From Candidatus Tayloriibacteriota bacterium (GTDB lineage: Bacteria > Patescibacteriota > Minisyncoccia > Phycocordibacterales > PALSA-1337): 64,000 bases of DNA. The translations under genes were made by a program, and so were the position numbers. The notes beneath the pieces are model-generated. The model had not been told where the DNA came from and made no database searches. It was given only the letters and a program-made list of their open reading frames with translations. The stretch lies in contig CALRAJ010000001.1 in the NCBI GenBank assembly GCA_943350765.1, forward strand, positions 191,066 to 255,065, given 5' to 3'. Of this stretch, positions 41,963 through 52,538 are shown piece by piece; position 1 is the stretch's first letter; each line of letters starts with the position of its first letter.

Positions 41963-44116
41963 ATGATTTCTATCACCGAACAACATCTTGAGTTATTTAT
42001 ATCGCTGTTCCGAGGAAGAACGGATGTGTATGCGCGTCGGTGGGAAAAAGAAGGTCGGTCTGGATACAGCCCAGCATATGAATTTAATTGGGATGAGTTC
42101 ATGACACATAAGCGACGTGGTGGCTCGATGAAAGATTTTGAAAATAAGAGACTGATACCGCTGACTCGAGATGTTATTAGAAAACATCTTATTGGTCAGC
42201 ATGTGATTGGCATATATCCTATCCTGCCCGAAAACACATCGTACTTTATTGCGGCTGATTTTGATGGTGAAAATTGGTTGAACGATAGTAAGAATTTTCT
42301 TGTAGTTTGTGTAGAAGCAGGATTATCGGCATATCTTGAACAATCGCGCTCTGGAAATGGCGGTCATGTTTGGATTTTCTTTTCCGAAGCATATCCATGC
42401 TATAAAAGTCGGCAAGTTGCACTTGAACTTATTCGTAAGGCCTTTGATGTTTCTGAATTTGAAAAAGATGTTAGCTTTGATCGTTTATTCCCAAATCAAG
42501 ACACCTTGAGCAAAGCTGGTTTTGGTAATCTTATTGCTCTCCCCCTTCAAGGAAAATCGGTGGAAAATAGCAATGCTGTTTTTATTGATCCAGAGACAGC
42601 AAAACCATTTCCTGATCAATGGCAGTTTCTTGCTGATATCAAAAGACACACTGTTACTGAATTGGATTCAATACACCAAGAAATCTTTGCAGACACTGGA
42701 AAGCCAGTGTTAAAAACACGATCTGATAATGTATTAGAAATTTTTGTAAGTAATCAAATCAATTTAAGAAGAGCAGAACTTACTCCTACACTCATTCATT
42801 TTCTCAAAGCGGAACTCAATTTTCTTAATACTGAATATCTAACTAAACTAAGGTTGGGAAAATCAGTCTATGGTGTAGAAAAATACTTTAAATTGATTGA
42901 TGAAGAAGGTGACATCGTTTCCTTGCCTCGTGGGTTTTTACAAAAACTTGTCAACTTTCTCAAAGAAAATAATATCGCCTATAAAATACGATTTAATATC
43001 CCCTCTTTTGAGGAAACTCATTATAAAAGTCAAATAGAATTAAAGCCATCACAAATACCAATTATAGAGACAGCTACACAATCTGATCAAGGTGTAATTG
43101 TTGCTCCATCCGGCAGTGGCAAAACTATTATCGGCTTGGAACTCATGGCTCGTAAGCAATTACCAGCTCTTATTCTTGTCCATCGTAAGCAGTTACTAGA
43201 TCAATGGATTGAAAGAATACAGTCGTTTTTAGGAATTACAAAACTACATATTGGCCAATATTCGGGAACAAAGAAAAAGTTAGGCAAGCAGATAACCATC
43301 GGTTTATTGCAGAGCCTAGCTCGTAAAGGTGACGTGTCAGAATTTAGAGATAAATTTGGCACAATTATCGTAGACGAATGCCATCATATTCCAGCAGCTA
43401 CTTTTCGAAAAGTCATCGCACAACTCAATCCAAAATATATTTATGGCCTTACTGCTACACCAAAACGAAAACATAACGATGAAAAATTGATCTACGCCTA
43501 TATAGGCGAGATTATTGCTCACATGGAAGCTTTAGATACTACTCCGATTTCCAATCTCCCCTATCAATCACCAGAAATTTTAATCCGCACAACAAATTTG
43601 GCTGTACCCTTTAAGTTTTCTACTGACCATTTTCAACTCTTAGCTAAAGTCGTTTGTTTTGATACCACCAGAAATCAGATGATCATTGAGGATATTTTAA
43701 GTAAAGTTACTGATAACAAAAAATTGCTTGTGTTGAGCGAGCGTAAAGAGCATTTGGAAATTTTGGCTATGTACCTCAAAGGCAAATGCGAGACAATCGT
43801 TATTTCAGGAGATGATTCTGCTCCTAAAAGAAAATCGAAACTCAAACAGATTGAGTCCGGACATTATCAAGTCATTTTTTCCACGGGCCAGTTTTTTGGC
43901 GAAGGTCTGGATATTAGAAGTATTTCTTGTCTCATCTTGGCGTTTCCGTTTTCGTTTGAAGGTAAACTTGTTCAATATATGGGGCGTCTCCGAGATATCG
44001 GGGTTCAGAAAATAATCATTGACTATCGAGATACACAGATTCCATTTTTGGAGAAACAGTTCAAACAACGCGAACGATATTATAAAAAGCTTAAAGCTCA
44101 GATAAAATTTGCTTAA
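41963..44116 (+). CDS. AEP primase-like domain fused to SF2 (ResIII/DEAD-like) helicase
   Basis: FRGRTDVYA, ADFD, SRSGNGGHVW, GFGNLIALP; APSGSGKT, DECHH, GLTATP, GEGLD, QYMGR. Confidence 0.87.
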   Translation: MISITEQHLELFISLFRGRTDVYARRWEKEGRSGYSPAYEFNWDEFMTHKRRGGSMKDFENKRLIPLTRDVIRKHLIGQHVIGIYPILPENTSYFIAADFDGENWLNDSKNFLVVCVEAGLSAYLEQSRSGNGGHVWIFFSEAYPCYKSRQVALELIRKAFDVSEFEKDVSFDRLFPNQDTLSKAGFGNLIALPLQGKSVENSNAVFIDPETAKPFPDQWQFLADIKRHTVTELDSIHQEIFADTGKPVLKTRSDNVLEIFVSNQINLRRAELTPTLIHFLKAELNFLNTEYLTKLRLGKSVYGVEKYFKLIDEEGDIVSLPRGFLQKLVNFLKENNIAYKIRFNIPSFEETHYKSQIELKPSQIPIIETATQSDQGVIVAPSGSGKTIIGLELMARKQLPALILVHRKQLLDQWIERIQSFLGITKLHIGQYSGTKKKLGKQITIGLLQSLARKGDVSEFRDKFGTIIVDECHHIPAATFRKVIAQLNPKYIYGLTATPKRKHNDEKLIYAYIGEIIAHMEALDTTPISNLPYQSPEILIRTTNLAVPFKFSTDHFQLLAKVVCFDTTRNQMIIEDILSKVTDNKKLLVLSERKEHLEILAMYLKGKCETIVISGDDSAPKRKSKLKQIESGHYQVIFSTGQFFGEGLDIRSISCLILAFPFSFEGKLVQYMGRLRDIGVQKIIIDYRDTQIPFLEKQFKQRERYYKKLKAQIKFA

Positions 44117-44240
44117 TATTGCTTAAGTTAAGCAAATCGTAGCAAGCTCTCAGAATTCGTTCGCAGTCGTTTTCGGTTTCTGAATCGGTACAAATCTCTT
44201 ACTCTCGGCACAAAACTCGCCACACGGGCAACTACGGGGT

Positions 44241-44424
44241 AATAAAGTTTAGTCTCGTCCTATCCCCGTAGCAAGCTATACCCTCGGACTACCTCGGCGG
44301 GGTATTAGGCGAGACATCTGGGTAAACTTTGTTGTATAGGTGTCGGCTCCGCCGACTTCATCCTCATTCTTGCGGATTCATCCCCGCGGCAAGCCGTCGG
44401 GGTATTCTCCACAATTACAATAAA
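44241..44424 (+). mobile_element. Non-autonomous element with IS200/IS605-type hairpins, copy 1
   Basis: About 184 bp, near-identical to 55016-55199; ccccgtagcaagcta..cgggg and ttcatccccgcggcaagccgtcgggg hairpins. Confidence 0.7.
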
Positions 44425-44599
44425 CTAAATACAAAAAAGCCCGAGTGGGCGATTTTTGTTTACATTTCCTTTTCTTGTTTATCTCCTAACCAAAGCGTGG
44501 TCGATCCCTAGCTGAATCTTTAGCCCTTCATTGGTGCATGTCACTACAAAGACTTTTTCATTAGTTTCAAAATACCACTTTTTACCCAGTCTTGTCAAT

Positions 44600-45538
44600 T
44601 TACCTCAGGTACCTATTTTTATTTGCTACATGCTCCTCAAAAGTTCTAGCGTAGTGCATCTCCCCTTTTTTATCTGAAAGATAGTATAAATAGGGAGTTT
44701 TGATAGGAGTTATTGCAGAAGAAATAGAATCTATTCCGGGGTTGGTAATAGGTGTAGGTGGCAGGCCTCTGTATAAATACAAATTGTACGGCGAATCTAT
44801 TTTTAAATCCTCTAAGGAAATATCCTCACCCTTCTTTTTGCCTTCTATATAAGCAAAAGTCACATCTACCTGAAGTGGCATTCCTATTGAAATTCGTTTC
44901 CATAAAATCCCAGCGATAATTCTCCTAGACTCTGTTGTTCGAGCCTCTTCTTCAAGAATCGAAGCCATCTTTATAACATCAGTCAATGGTTTAGCAAAAA
45001 CCTTCAAATCATTACTCATAGCAGCGACTCTCCTATCGAAATTGGCCAGCATCATATCAACCACTTCCTCCGCACTCACACTCGGCAAAATGTAATAGGT
45101 ATCCGGAAAGAGATAGCCCTCGTGTTTCTTTGCAATCTTAATAAATTCATCATACTTGAAACTTATTGAGTATTTTTCTAAAATACGCCCCACATCAACA
45201 ACTGTTGTTCCCTCTGGAATAGTAACTTTTATGGGAGTTAAACCGTATTCCCCAGTAGTTATTCTCGAAGCAATCTGTATTAGGTTTAAAGGTTTTTTAA
45301 AAATATAAACACCAGAGGCTAGATTTCCTTGATTTCCAGACGCAACGACCACCAACTTAAACAAAAAAGCCGACCTTATAACATGTTTCTCAGCTAGAGA
45401 GTTTGCGACACTAGAAAGTCCAGACCCTTTTGAAATGACAAAATAATCTCCCTTGGGAAAGGAGTCTGGTGCACGAATACCAATCAAGGAAAAAACAAAA
45501 AAAACCAAGACAATGTAGAGGATTACTTTTTTCCTCAT
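44600..45538 (-). CDS. mltG: Endolytic transglycosylase MltG
   Basis: TIPEG, EGYLFPDTY, ASILEEE, LQVD, SPYNLY..GLPPTPITNPG. Confidence 0.95.
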   Translation of the reverse strand: MRKKVILYIVLVFFVFSLIGIRAPDSFPKGDYFVISKGSGLSSVANSLAEKHVIRSAFLFKLVVVASGNQGNLASGVYIFKKPLNLIQIASRITTGEYGLTPIKVTIPEGTTVVDVGRILEKYSISFKYDEFIKIAKKHEGYLFPDTYYILPSVSAEEVVDMMLANFDRRVAAMSNDLKVFAKPLTDVIKMASILEEEARTTESRRIIAGILWKRISIGMPLQVDVTFAYIEGKKKGEDISLEDLKIDSPYNLYLYRGLPPTPITNPGIDSISSAITPIKTPYLYYLSDKKGEMHYARTFEEHVANKNRYLR

Positions 45539-46740
45539 ATTGGCAGATTTGATGGGGCATCCGACTTTTTCGATGGAATCCTTGCGAGGTTTGGTGTTTG
45601 AGCCACGCTCCCAGGGAAGTGAAAGATGGTTGCTAGTTCCTCAGTCATAAGAATAAAGGGCTTTTCGGCAAAATACTTGTGTGGAGAATGAAAATAAGAT
45701 CTGGTGCGATACGCATCAAATATTTCTTTCTTGGCTGATAAAGTTTTACCACCTCCAAAATCCTGCCACGGATATTCATACCCACTGAGCCAACCTCGCT
45801 TGATTCCGTTTAAGTAATTTGAAGAATACTGACGAAATGCACCGTTCAAAGTGCCTGGTCGATTTTTATTAAATGAATCCTTGTCCGCAAGGTAAATACC
45901 ACGAATAGCACAGTCAAATGGAAACTTGCTGATACTACGCTCAATCGCTGCAATTTTCTCAATCTGTCCTTTTGTTGGATTTGGAAAACCGGGGTAATCT
46001 TTGTCTGTTTTTGGTGTAGCTTCGGCTCGTATCTTTTCGATTTCCTCTTTTGCCTCAGTCTGCCAATCTTTAGTCTTGAATAAATGACCTTCCTTCAAAC
46101 CCCTAGGCTTATGAGCCTGTATCAAAATCTGTATCCACATTTGCTCTCCTTTTTTGAGGGAACCCATTGACTCTAGGGTTGATGTGAGAGGGTCAATCTT
46201 AAACTCTTCTTTTGGATCCTTGTCCATACCATAATCAATATATGTTTTTATGGGATACACATCTGGTGCAGTGAGCTTGAAGCAAGCACCGAACAAATCT
46301 ACACGCGATGGGTCAAATATAAAACGAGATGTATAATCAGGAACTTCGTATATTTCCACAGTAGGGTATTGTGAGTATATCTGAGCTTCGATCAAATCCT
46401 TAAACTTTGATTGTGTCCAGATAAAAAAACGAATCTTACCCTCATCTGATACAATTTCGCAAGAAAACCAAGGACGAACCTTTCCATGGATATATGTTTC
46501 TAGCCAATTACCATCAGAAGGCATGTACAAAGCAGTAAATACTACCTCCATAGCAAGTGGTGACTTTAGTATTTCTCGAGGTATTTTGATTTCGAGAAGT
46601 GTACTGCCCTGTTTGATATTATAGCTCGTCCGAATGTATTTTATCCATATTTCAATAAATGCAAAGGCTACAAAAAGCAAAAGTACATAAGGCCAAATTA
46701 AACTAACATAAGACAAAACAGAATCCATGAGTAAATCCAT
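45535..46740 (-). CDS. Conserved membrane-anchored hypothetical protein
   Basis: N-terminal TM; LLEIKIPRE, EELATIFHFP, PSNLP. Confidence 0.8.
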   Translation of the reverse strand: MDLLMDSVLSYVSLIWPYVLLLFVAFAFIEIWIKYIRTSYNIKQGSTLLEIKIPREILKSPLAMEVVFTALYMPSDGNWLETYIHGKVRPWFSCEIVSDEGKIRFFIWTQSKFKDLIEAQIYSQYPTVEIYEVPDYTSRFIFDPSRVDLFGACFKLTAPDVYPIKTYIDYGMDKDPKEEFKIDPLTSTLESMGSLKKGEQMWIQILIQAHKPRGLKEGHLFKTKDWQTEAKEEIEKIRAEATPKTDKDYPGFPNPTKGQIEKIAAIERSISKFPFDCAIRGIYLADKDSFNKNRPGTLNGAFRQYSSNYLNGIKRGWLSGYEYPWQDFGGGKTLSAKKEIFDAYRTRSYFHSPHKYFAEKPFILMTEELATIFHFPGSVAQTPNLARIPSKKSDAPSNLPI

Positions 46741-46858
46741 AATAGATATTATAGCCTATAGTATATATTTTTGGTAGTAGACCAAATCGACAACCCACAA
46801 ATAAGAAAATCAGCTGTAAATTTAGCTGATTTTCCTTACACTTCTATAATTTAAAACT

Positions 46859-47890
46859 TTATTTAGATACCGAATACTTTGACTCCTTATCCTTTGTAAA
46901 ATGCTTTGGATTTTGAAGGTTTACCATAATTGTATTCTCTTTTACATATCTTTCCTTTAGAACCTTTTCAATAATATCCTCCTTTGGTAATGGACCATGC
47001 TTTTCGATGATCTTTTTTATCACATCTTTTACCACACCGCTCATATAGCCCCACTCAGCTAGGGCATATAGACCACGACCCACAAGTACAAAGCGAGGAT
47101 CCTTAATAAGCTCATTATGACATGTCGCTACATGAGCCTTTTTGTTAAAAACTTGAGAAATAGTTTTTGCAACATCTTTAAAATGGATTGGTGAGCCGTG
47201 TCGTCGAATAACTAAAAATGCGTAGTCTCGCATACCTTTTGTTTTTATGTTTGGAGAATGAGAAACACCCCATTCACCGAGTGGATTTTTGCCTATCGAT
47301 TTTGATAAATCTAACCAACGCTTCAAAACCTCCTGATTTTTGTATTTCTCTGAAATCTCCTTAGTATGTTCCAGAAATGAAGATATCATCTCTGACTCTG
47401 AAACAAGGTCATTCGTACTCAGCCCAGCATAAAGCTTTTTTAATGATCCTTCTACACTATCTGAAAGCTTTTCATCAACATACCATCTGTGACGAAAATG
47501 ATCGTCTTCCTTGCGTCGCTTAAACGAATCACCGATAACAAGGAGAAAGTTGATGTTATTTTGAGTACTTTCGTCTTTTGAAATATGTCCTAGAAGATCA
47601 TCCTCGACTACGATACCACCGAGTGAATGAAGTAACCCCTCGAGTTCCTCGAAGCTTGCTTTTTCAGCTTTATACGCATCAGATTTTCGAATATTATTTA
47701 TGGCATAATTTTCAATCTGACGAACCCTCTCCCGAGTAATACCGTAAATATCCCCAATGGCTTCGAGGGTCATTCTTTCGACTTTTTTACCTAGTCCATA
47801 TCGATTTACAATCACTTCACGGGCACGATCTGGTAAAGCTCCTAAAAGCCTCTTGACTACTTGTTTTGGTTTAAATTGAATAGTTGCCAT
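46859..47890 (-). CDS. Sigma70 region-4 HTH plus HARE-HTH (RpoE/delta-like) protein
   Basis: TLEAIGDIYGITRERVRQIE; HNELIKDPRFVLVGRGLYAL. Confidence 0.85.
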   Translation of the reverse strand: MATIQFKPKQVVKRLLGALPDRAREVIVNRYGLGKKVERMTLEAIGDIYGITRERVRQIENYAINNIRKSDAYKAEKASFEELEGLLHSLGGIVVEDDLLGHISKDESTQNNINFLLVIGDSFKRRKEDDHFRHRWYVDEKLSDSVEGSLKKLYAGLSTNDLVSESEMISSFLEHTKEISEKYKNQEVLKRWLDLSKSIGKNPLGEWGVSHSPNIKTKGMRDYAFLVIRRHGSPIHFKDVAKTISQVFNKKAHVATCHNELIKDPRFVLVGRGLYALAEWGYMSGVVKDVIKKIIEKHGPLPKEDIIEKVLKERYVKENTIMVNLQNPKHFTKDKESKYSVSK

Positions 47891-48001
47891 AAATAATTAT
47901 TACTTAAATAAATCCAGGCATGGCCTGTATGTTACTATATGTATATCATTATAGTATACCTAAGTCAAGGAAGTGTCGAGGGCTTCTCAGTGAACCCAAA
48001 A

Positions 48002-48128
48002 AGGCCTATCGGTTAGGGATAGGCATCTGTAGACGAAGCCCTCGTATTTCTTTGGTAATAAATCTCTCAAGTCTCCTTCGCCACGCTGTAGCGTACTCGC
48101 GGAAGCGGGACTGCCCGTCTCCGAAGTC
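48002..48128 (-). repeat. Partial family C element
   Basis: Reverse complement shares gacttcggagacggg, gagacttgagagattt.ttaccaaagaaatac and cctatccctaa with 57963-58135. Confidence 0.7.
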
Positions 48129-48236
48129 TCTTTTTTTGGTTCACTGCTACGCAACAGACACGATTTTTCTACTGAAAAATCGTGTCTGTGAGAATTCGAT
48201 TTTCTTCGATTTTATTCTTAAATCTACCCTACTACA

Positions 48237-51200
48237 TTACATTACAATATTTACCACTCTTCCTTGTACATAGATAACTTTCTTTATCTGCTGTCTATCT
48301 ATCCACTTTTTTACTTCTGGAATACCCTGTGCTTGATTTTTTACTACCTCCTCAGTCGAATCTTTTGACACAATAATCTGCCCGCGCACCTTACCATTTA
48401 TCTGCACTGCAATAGTAACCATTTCCTCAACAAGCTTTTCTGGGTCAAATACTGGCCATGTTGCTATGTGTATAGAATTTTTATTACCCATCGCCGACCA
48501 AAGCTCCTCAGCCATATGTGGAGCAAATGGAGCGAGCAACTGTAGTAACACCCCCATCTGCTCTTCTGTAACCACTGTTTTTTCCATCGCATTTAGTAAA
48601 ATCATCAGCGACGAAATCGCGGTATTAAAACTGAAACCTTGAATATCTTCTCCTACCTTTTTAATAGTTTTGTTTAGTACAATTTCAAATGTACCCGCTT
48701 CCAACCCACGATCTACCGTCTCATGTTTGGTGTCTGTAAATCTACACCCAAGCTTCCACACCCGTTCGAGAAATCTTCTCGAGCCAATCATGTTTTGTGT
48801 ACTCCACGCAATACTCTGCTCAAACGGACCCATAAACATTTCATACACTCGAAAAGTATCGGCACCGTATGTAGCCATGACATCATCCGGGTTTACTACA
48901 TTACCAAATCGCTTACTCATCTTGCGACCATCCTCACCCATGATGAGTCCTTGATTTTTTAGCTCGGTGAAAGGCTCACTCGTCGAAACTACACCAATAT
49001 CATAGAGAAACTTATGCCAAAAACGAGCATATATTAGATGTCGTGTTGCGTGCTCTGTACCACCCACATAGAGATCCACTGGTGCCCAATATTTTTCCTT
49101 TTTAGGATCTACCAATGCTTTTTTGTTTTTCGAGTCCATGTAGCGGAGATAGTACCAAGACGACCCAGCCCACTGTGGCATGGTGTTGGTCTCTCTTTTT
49201 GCCGGGCCTTTACATTGCGGACATTTAGTATTCACCCACTTTGAGATAGTCGCAAGTGGTGACTCCCCTGTACCAGTCGGCTCGTATGATTTTACATTCG
49301 GCAATTTTACTGGCAAATCTTTCTCTGGTACTGCCACTACACCTTGCCCGGCAGGATTGCTTAGGGCACATTTTTCACAATGTACGAGTGGTATCGGCTC
49401 GCCCCAATATCTCTGCCTTGAAAATACCCAATCACGGAGTTTGTATTTAGTAACCATTTTACCTCCGACAAATTCAGTAATTTTCTTTTTTGCTTCTTTG
49501 GAATTTAATCCGTCAAATTTATCAGAGTAAGTAAGTAGCCCTTCGCCAGTAAAACACTCTATCCACCCACTAGAAAGATTTTGATAAATAGAATTAAGTA
49601 AGTCTTTGTTGGGTACAGTAAAATCAAAGTTATCGACCCGCACATCTTCTAGTACCGAATTATTCCCCCATACAAATTTCTTACCGATAATGGTATCGAA
49701 GTATATTCCATTTTCCTCTTCTAACAAAAATAGATCTAGCCAAACTCCGTCCTTATCACTCCAGAAAGCTTTGTGATTTTTCCAAAAATGACTTCCAGTT
49801 TTTTCACCAGTACTCAATTTAGAATTAAATCCTCTATCTGCAAGCTGTTTCTCGATAATCTTCCAGCCATTTTGCGTAACAAAAACATCTACATCCGAAT
49901 GGAGACCAAATTTCTTGTCACTCTGCGCTAATCTAGCCATACCACCAACCAATACCATTATGAAGTCATGTTTTCTAGATAAATCAAATACTTCCTTTAA
50001 TAGTTTACAATTATTCTCCTTGTTTGTGTCGGAATAATTTTTCTCATCTTTAATTACACATCGAATCGGTATATTATACTTCTTTGCAAACTCCCAATCC
50101 CGCTCATCATGTGCCGGCACTGCCATAACCGCACCGGTACCGTAGTCCGCGAGTACATAGTCGGCAATAAACATTGGGATCTTTTCTTTTGTTGCAGGAT
50201 TTATCGCCCACACACCATCGAGCTTTACACCAGTCTTTTCCTTGCCTGCATCTGTTCGCTCTATCTCAGTTTTCTTTTTTGACAAAGCAACATACTGACC
50301 TACTGATTCGGCGTTTTTAAGGACTCCTTTATGATTTTCATCTATCGCAAGTGTTACCCAAGGATGCTCTGGAGAAAGCACGAGAGCTGTTGCCCCAAAA
50401 AGTGTGTCCGCACGAGTAGTAAATACTGGCACTAAACCCGGCTTCCCACCATTTTCAAATTCTACTGCAAATGATATTTCTGACCCCTCACTCCTACCAA
50501 TCCAGTTCCTCTGACTCTCTTTAATAGACTCAGGCCAATTTAGGCTATCAATATCTTTGAGCAGTCGATCCGCATAGTCTGTAATCCGCAAAACCCACTG
50601 ACGAATAGGCTTTTTTTCTACCACACTACTACAGCGTTCACACTTACCATCCTCTAGGTCTTCGTTAGCAAGGCCTGTCTTGCACGATGGACACCAGTTG
50701 ATCGGCTCGTTGGACTCGTATGCTAAACCTTTTTTAAAAAGTTGTAGGAAAATCCACTGTGTCCAGCGATAGTATTCTGGATCGGTAGTATCTACTTCAC
50801 GCGACCAGTCATAGTCTAGTCCGATGATCTCCAACTGTTCTTTATAGCGTTTAATATTTTTCTTTACCGCCACACTCGGGTGGATTTTATTTTTAATGGC
50901 ATAATTTTCAGCAGGAAGACCGAAGGCATCAAAACCCATCGGGTGTAATACATTAAAACCCTGCATTCGTTTGAAACGCGAGTAGACATCGGTAGCGATA
51001 TATCCCTTTGGATGACCGACATGGAGACCTTCTCCCGACGGGTACGGAAACATGTCTAAAATGTAGCATTTATTGTTTTTAGCTGTATCGGCAGATTTCG
51101 GCTCAACTGTTTTATACAGCTTTTTTCTCTCCCATATCCTTTGCCATTTAATTTCAATCCGTTTATGGTTATACTCCGCAAGTTTCTGCTTGCCATGCCG

Positions 51201-51260
51201 TAGCGTAATCGCGGAGGATGGACACTTTTTTTCTATCTTTATATGGTCGTATTGCTTCAT
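48237..51260 (-). CDS. leuS: Leucine--tRNA ligase with inserted nucleotidyltransferase-like domain
   Basis: MFPYPSG..HVGH, TTRADT, GTGAVMAVPAHDERD, SRQRYWG, KMSKR. Confidence 0.97.
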   Translation of the reverse strand: MKQYDHIKIEKKCPSSAITLRHGKQKLAEYNHKRIEIKWQRIWERKKLYKTVEPKSADTAKNNKCYILDMFPYPSGEGLHVGHPKGYIATDVYSRFKRMQGFNVLHPMGFDAFGLPAENYAIKNKIHPSVAVKKNIKRYKEQLEIIGLDYDWSREVDTTDPEYYRWTQWIFLQLFKKGLAYESNEPINWCPSCKTGLANEDLEDGKCERCSSVVEKKPIRQWVLRITDYADRLLKDIDSLNWPESIKESQRNWIGRSEGSEISFAVEFENGGKPGLVPVFTTRADTLFGATALVLSPEHPWVTLAIDENHKGVLKNAESVGQYVALSKKKTEIERTDAGKEKTGVKLDGVWAINPATKEKIPMFIADYVLADYGTGAVMAVPAHDERDWEFAKKYNIPIRCVIKDEKNYSDTNKENNCKLLKEVFDLSRKHDFIMVLVGGMARLAQSDKKFGLHSDVDVFVTQNGWKIIEKQLADRGFNSKLSTGEKTGSHFWKNHKAFWSDKDGVWLDLFLLEEENGIYFDTIIGKKFVWGNNSVLEDVRVDNFDFTVPNKDLLNSIYQNLSSGWIECFTGEGLLTYSDKFDGLNSKEAKKKITEFVGGKMVTKYKLRDWVFSRQRYWGEPIPLVHCEKCALSNPAGQGVVAVPEKDLPVKLPNVKSYEPTGTGESPLATISKWVNTKCPQCKGPAKRETNTMPQWAGSSWYYLRYMDSKNKKALVDPKKEKYWAPVDLYVGGTEHATRHLIYARFWHKFLYDIGVVSTSEPFTELKNQGLIMGEDGRKMSKRFGNVVNPDDVMATYGADTFRVYEMFMGPFEQSIAWSTQNMIGSRRFLERVWKLGCRFTDTKHETVDRGLEAGTFEIVLNKTIKKVGEDIQGFSFNTAISSLMILLNAMEKTVVTEEQMGVLLQLLAPFAPHMAEELWSAMGNKNSIHIATWPVFDPEKLVEEMVTIAVQINGKVRGQIIVSKDSTEEVVKNQAQGIPEVKKWIDRQQIKKVIYVQGRVVNIVM

Positions 51261-51294
51261 AAGGACTAATAGTATACTAAATGGGAGCGGGAGC

Positions 51295-51430
51295 CAAGAG
51301 CCATACTGGTGGCGAAAGTCCTGAGCTTAGCAAAGCGTAGGGCAAGAGCCATACAGGAGCCATACTGGTGGCGGGAGTACTAAAGCTCACCAGAGCGTAG
51401 TACTGGTAGCGAAGATGCTGAGTTTAGCAA
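51295..51430 (+). repeat. Family B module cluster, three tandem units
   Basis: tactggtggcg..agt.ctgag..tagca..gcgtag repeated; matches 20562-20660. Confidence 0.8.
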
Positions 51431-51545
51431 AATAAAGTACAAGCGAGTGAGAAAAAGTTAATAGATTATAGTTTTTAGTTTATAGACGTATAGATTGACA
51501 ATATATATAAAATAGCATAATGTTCATTCCAGTTGCACAATAGCT

Positions 51546-51872
51546 ATGAAAACATATACCTCGTCCCGTCGGAATACGCTCCTTGGGTTGCTCTGTGCAG
51601 CCCTCGGATCCATCAAAAGTCTTGGGGCAAAATCCCCCGAACCGAAATACTACCGAGTGCAGTGGAAGAAACTCCACGACGAGCCCGTCGGACCTGGGGA
51701 TATGTGGGTCTGCCACGAAACGGACCCCAACACCCCAAAACGGCAAAGTGAGAACTGCTACAACCTGCAGATGCAGGCCATTCACGGAAGTCATTGGGGC
51801 ACACCGGCTAAGAGTATCAGTCGGGGCAATGGTGACTATTGGAGACCGACTGGACTCGTTCCTGTTTTTTGA
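51546..51872 (+). CDS. Small exported protein with twin-arginine-like leader, paralog 1
   Basis: SRRNTLLGLL; own TTGACA promoter at 51495; paralog at 52212. Confidence 0.8.
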   Translation: MKTYTSSRRNTLLGLLCAALGSIKSLGAKSPEPKYYRVQWKKLHDEPVGPGDMWVCHETDPNTPKRQSENCYNLQMQAIHGSHWGTPAKSISRGNGDYWRPTGLVPVF

Positions 51873-51968
51873 TCAATCAACTATCGCACACTGTCTTTGA
51901 GACAGTTTTTTATTTAAAAAAATACGAAAAACCATAGTTTTCCGAATGCCAGAAAAGCCAATAAATGG

Positions 51969-52012
51969 GCCATTTGAAGGGCTCAACAGCCCTGTTGAGC
52001 CGTTCAAATGGC
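51969..52012. repeat. Family A palindrome, empty form
   Basis: gccatttgaagggctcaacag-cc-ctgttgagccgttcaaatggc. Confidence 0.85.
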
Positions 52013-52211
52013 TGGTTACAACCTAGCGAGAACGGTTCTGACCGGGTGAAAGCCCATCTGGTTTCATTGAAATGACTAATTACTAGACTAGTTTACAATG
52101 TGGACATTTGAGCTTGTCTCACATTTGCAATATAATTTGACAATACATAAAGAAATAATGTATGCTACCCTATAGCCTGAACAAACATTGGTAACAAAAG
52201 ATTAATCTATT

Positions 52212-52538
52212 ATGAAGCAAGATGCTGTCATTACTGGTCAGTCCCGTCGGAATACGCTCCTTGGGTTGCTCTATGCCGTCCTTGGACTGAAGTTGGAAGT
52301 TGAAGCAAAAACTCCCGTGCCCAAATATCAAAGGGTGCAGTGGAAGAAACTCCACGACGAGCCCGTCGGACATGGAGATATGTGGGTTATGCACGCAACG
52401 GATCCAAACACTCCGGATAACCTACACTTCCTTGAAATGCACAGGGCTGGTAAACATTTCCACGGAATTCCAGCAAAGGATATACTCTATCCCAATGGTA
52501 ATTTTTGGAGGCCAGTTGCCATCGTTGATGTCAACTGA
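52212..52538 (+). CDS. Small exported protein with twin-arginine-like leader, paralog 2
   Basis: Shares SRRNTLLGLL, RVQWKKLHDEPVGxGDMWV, TDPNTP, NGxxWRP; TTGACA at 52137. Confidence 0.8.
   Translation: MKQDAVITGQSRRNTLLGLLYAVLGLKLEVEAKTPVPKYQRVQWKKLHDEPVGHGDMWVMHATDPNTPDNLHFLEMHRAGKHFHGIPAKDILYPNGNFWRPVAIVDVN

Noticed and set aside
49560-50050. Intein in leuS
   Set aside because: No splice-junction residues or LAGLIDADG motifs; NTase-like motifs are present instead.
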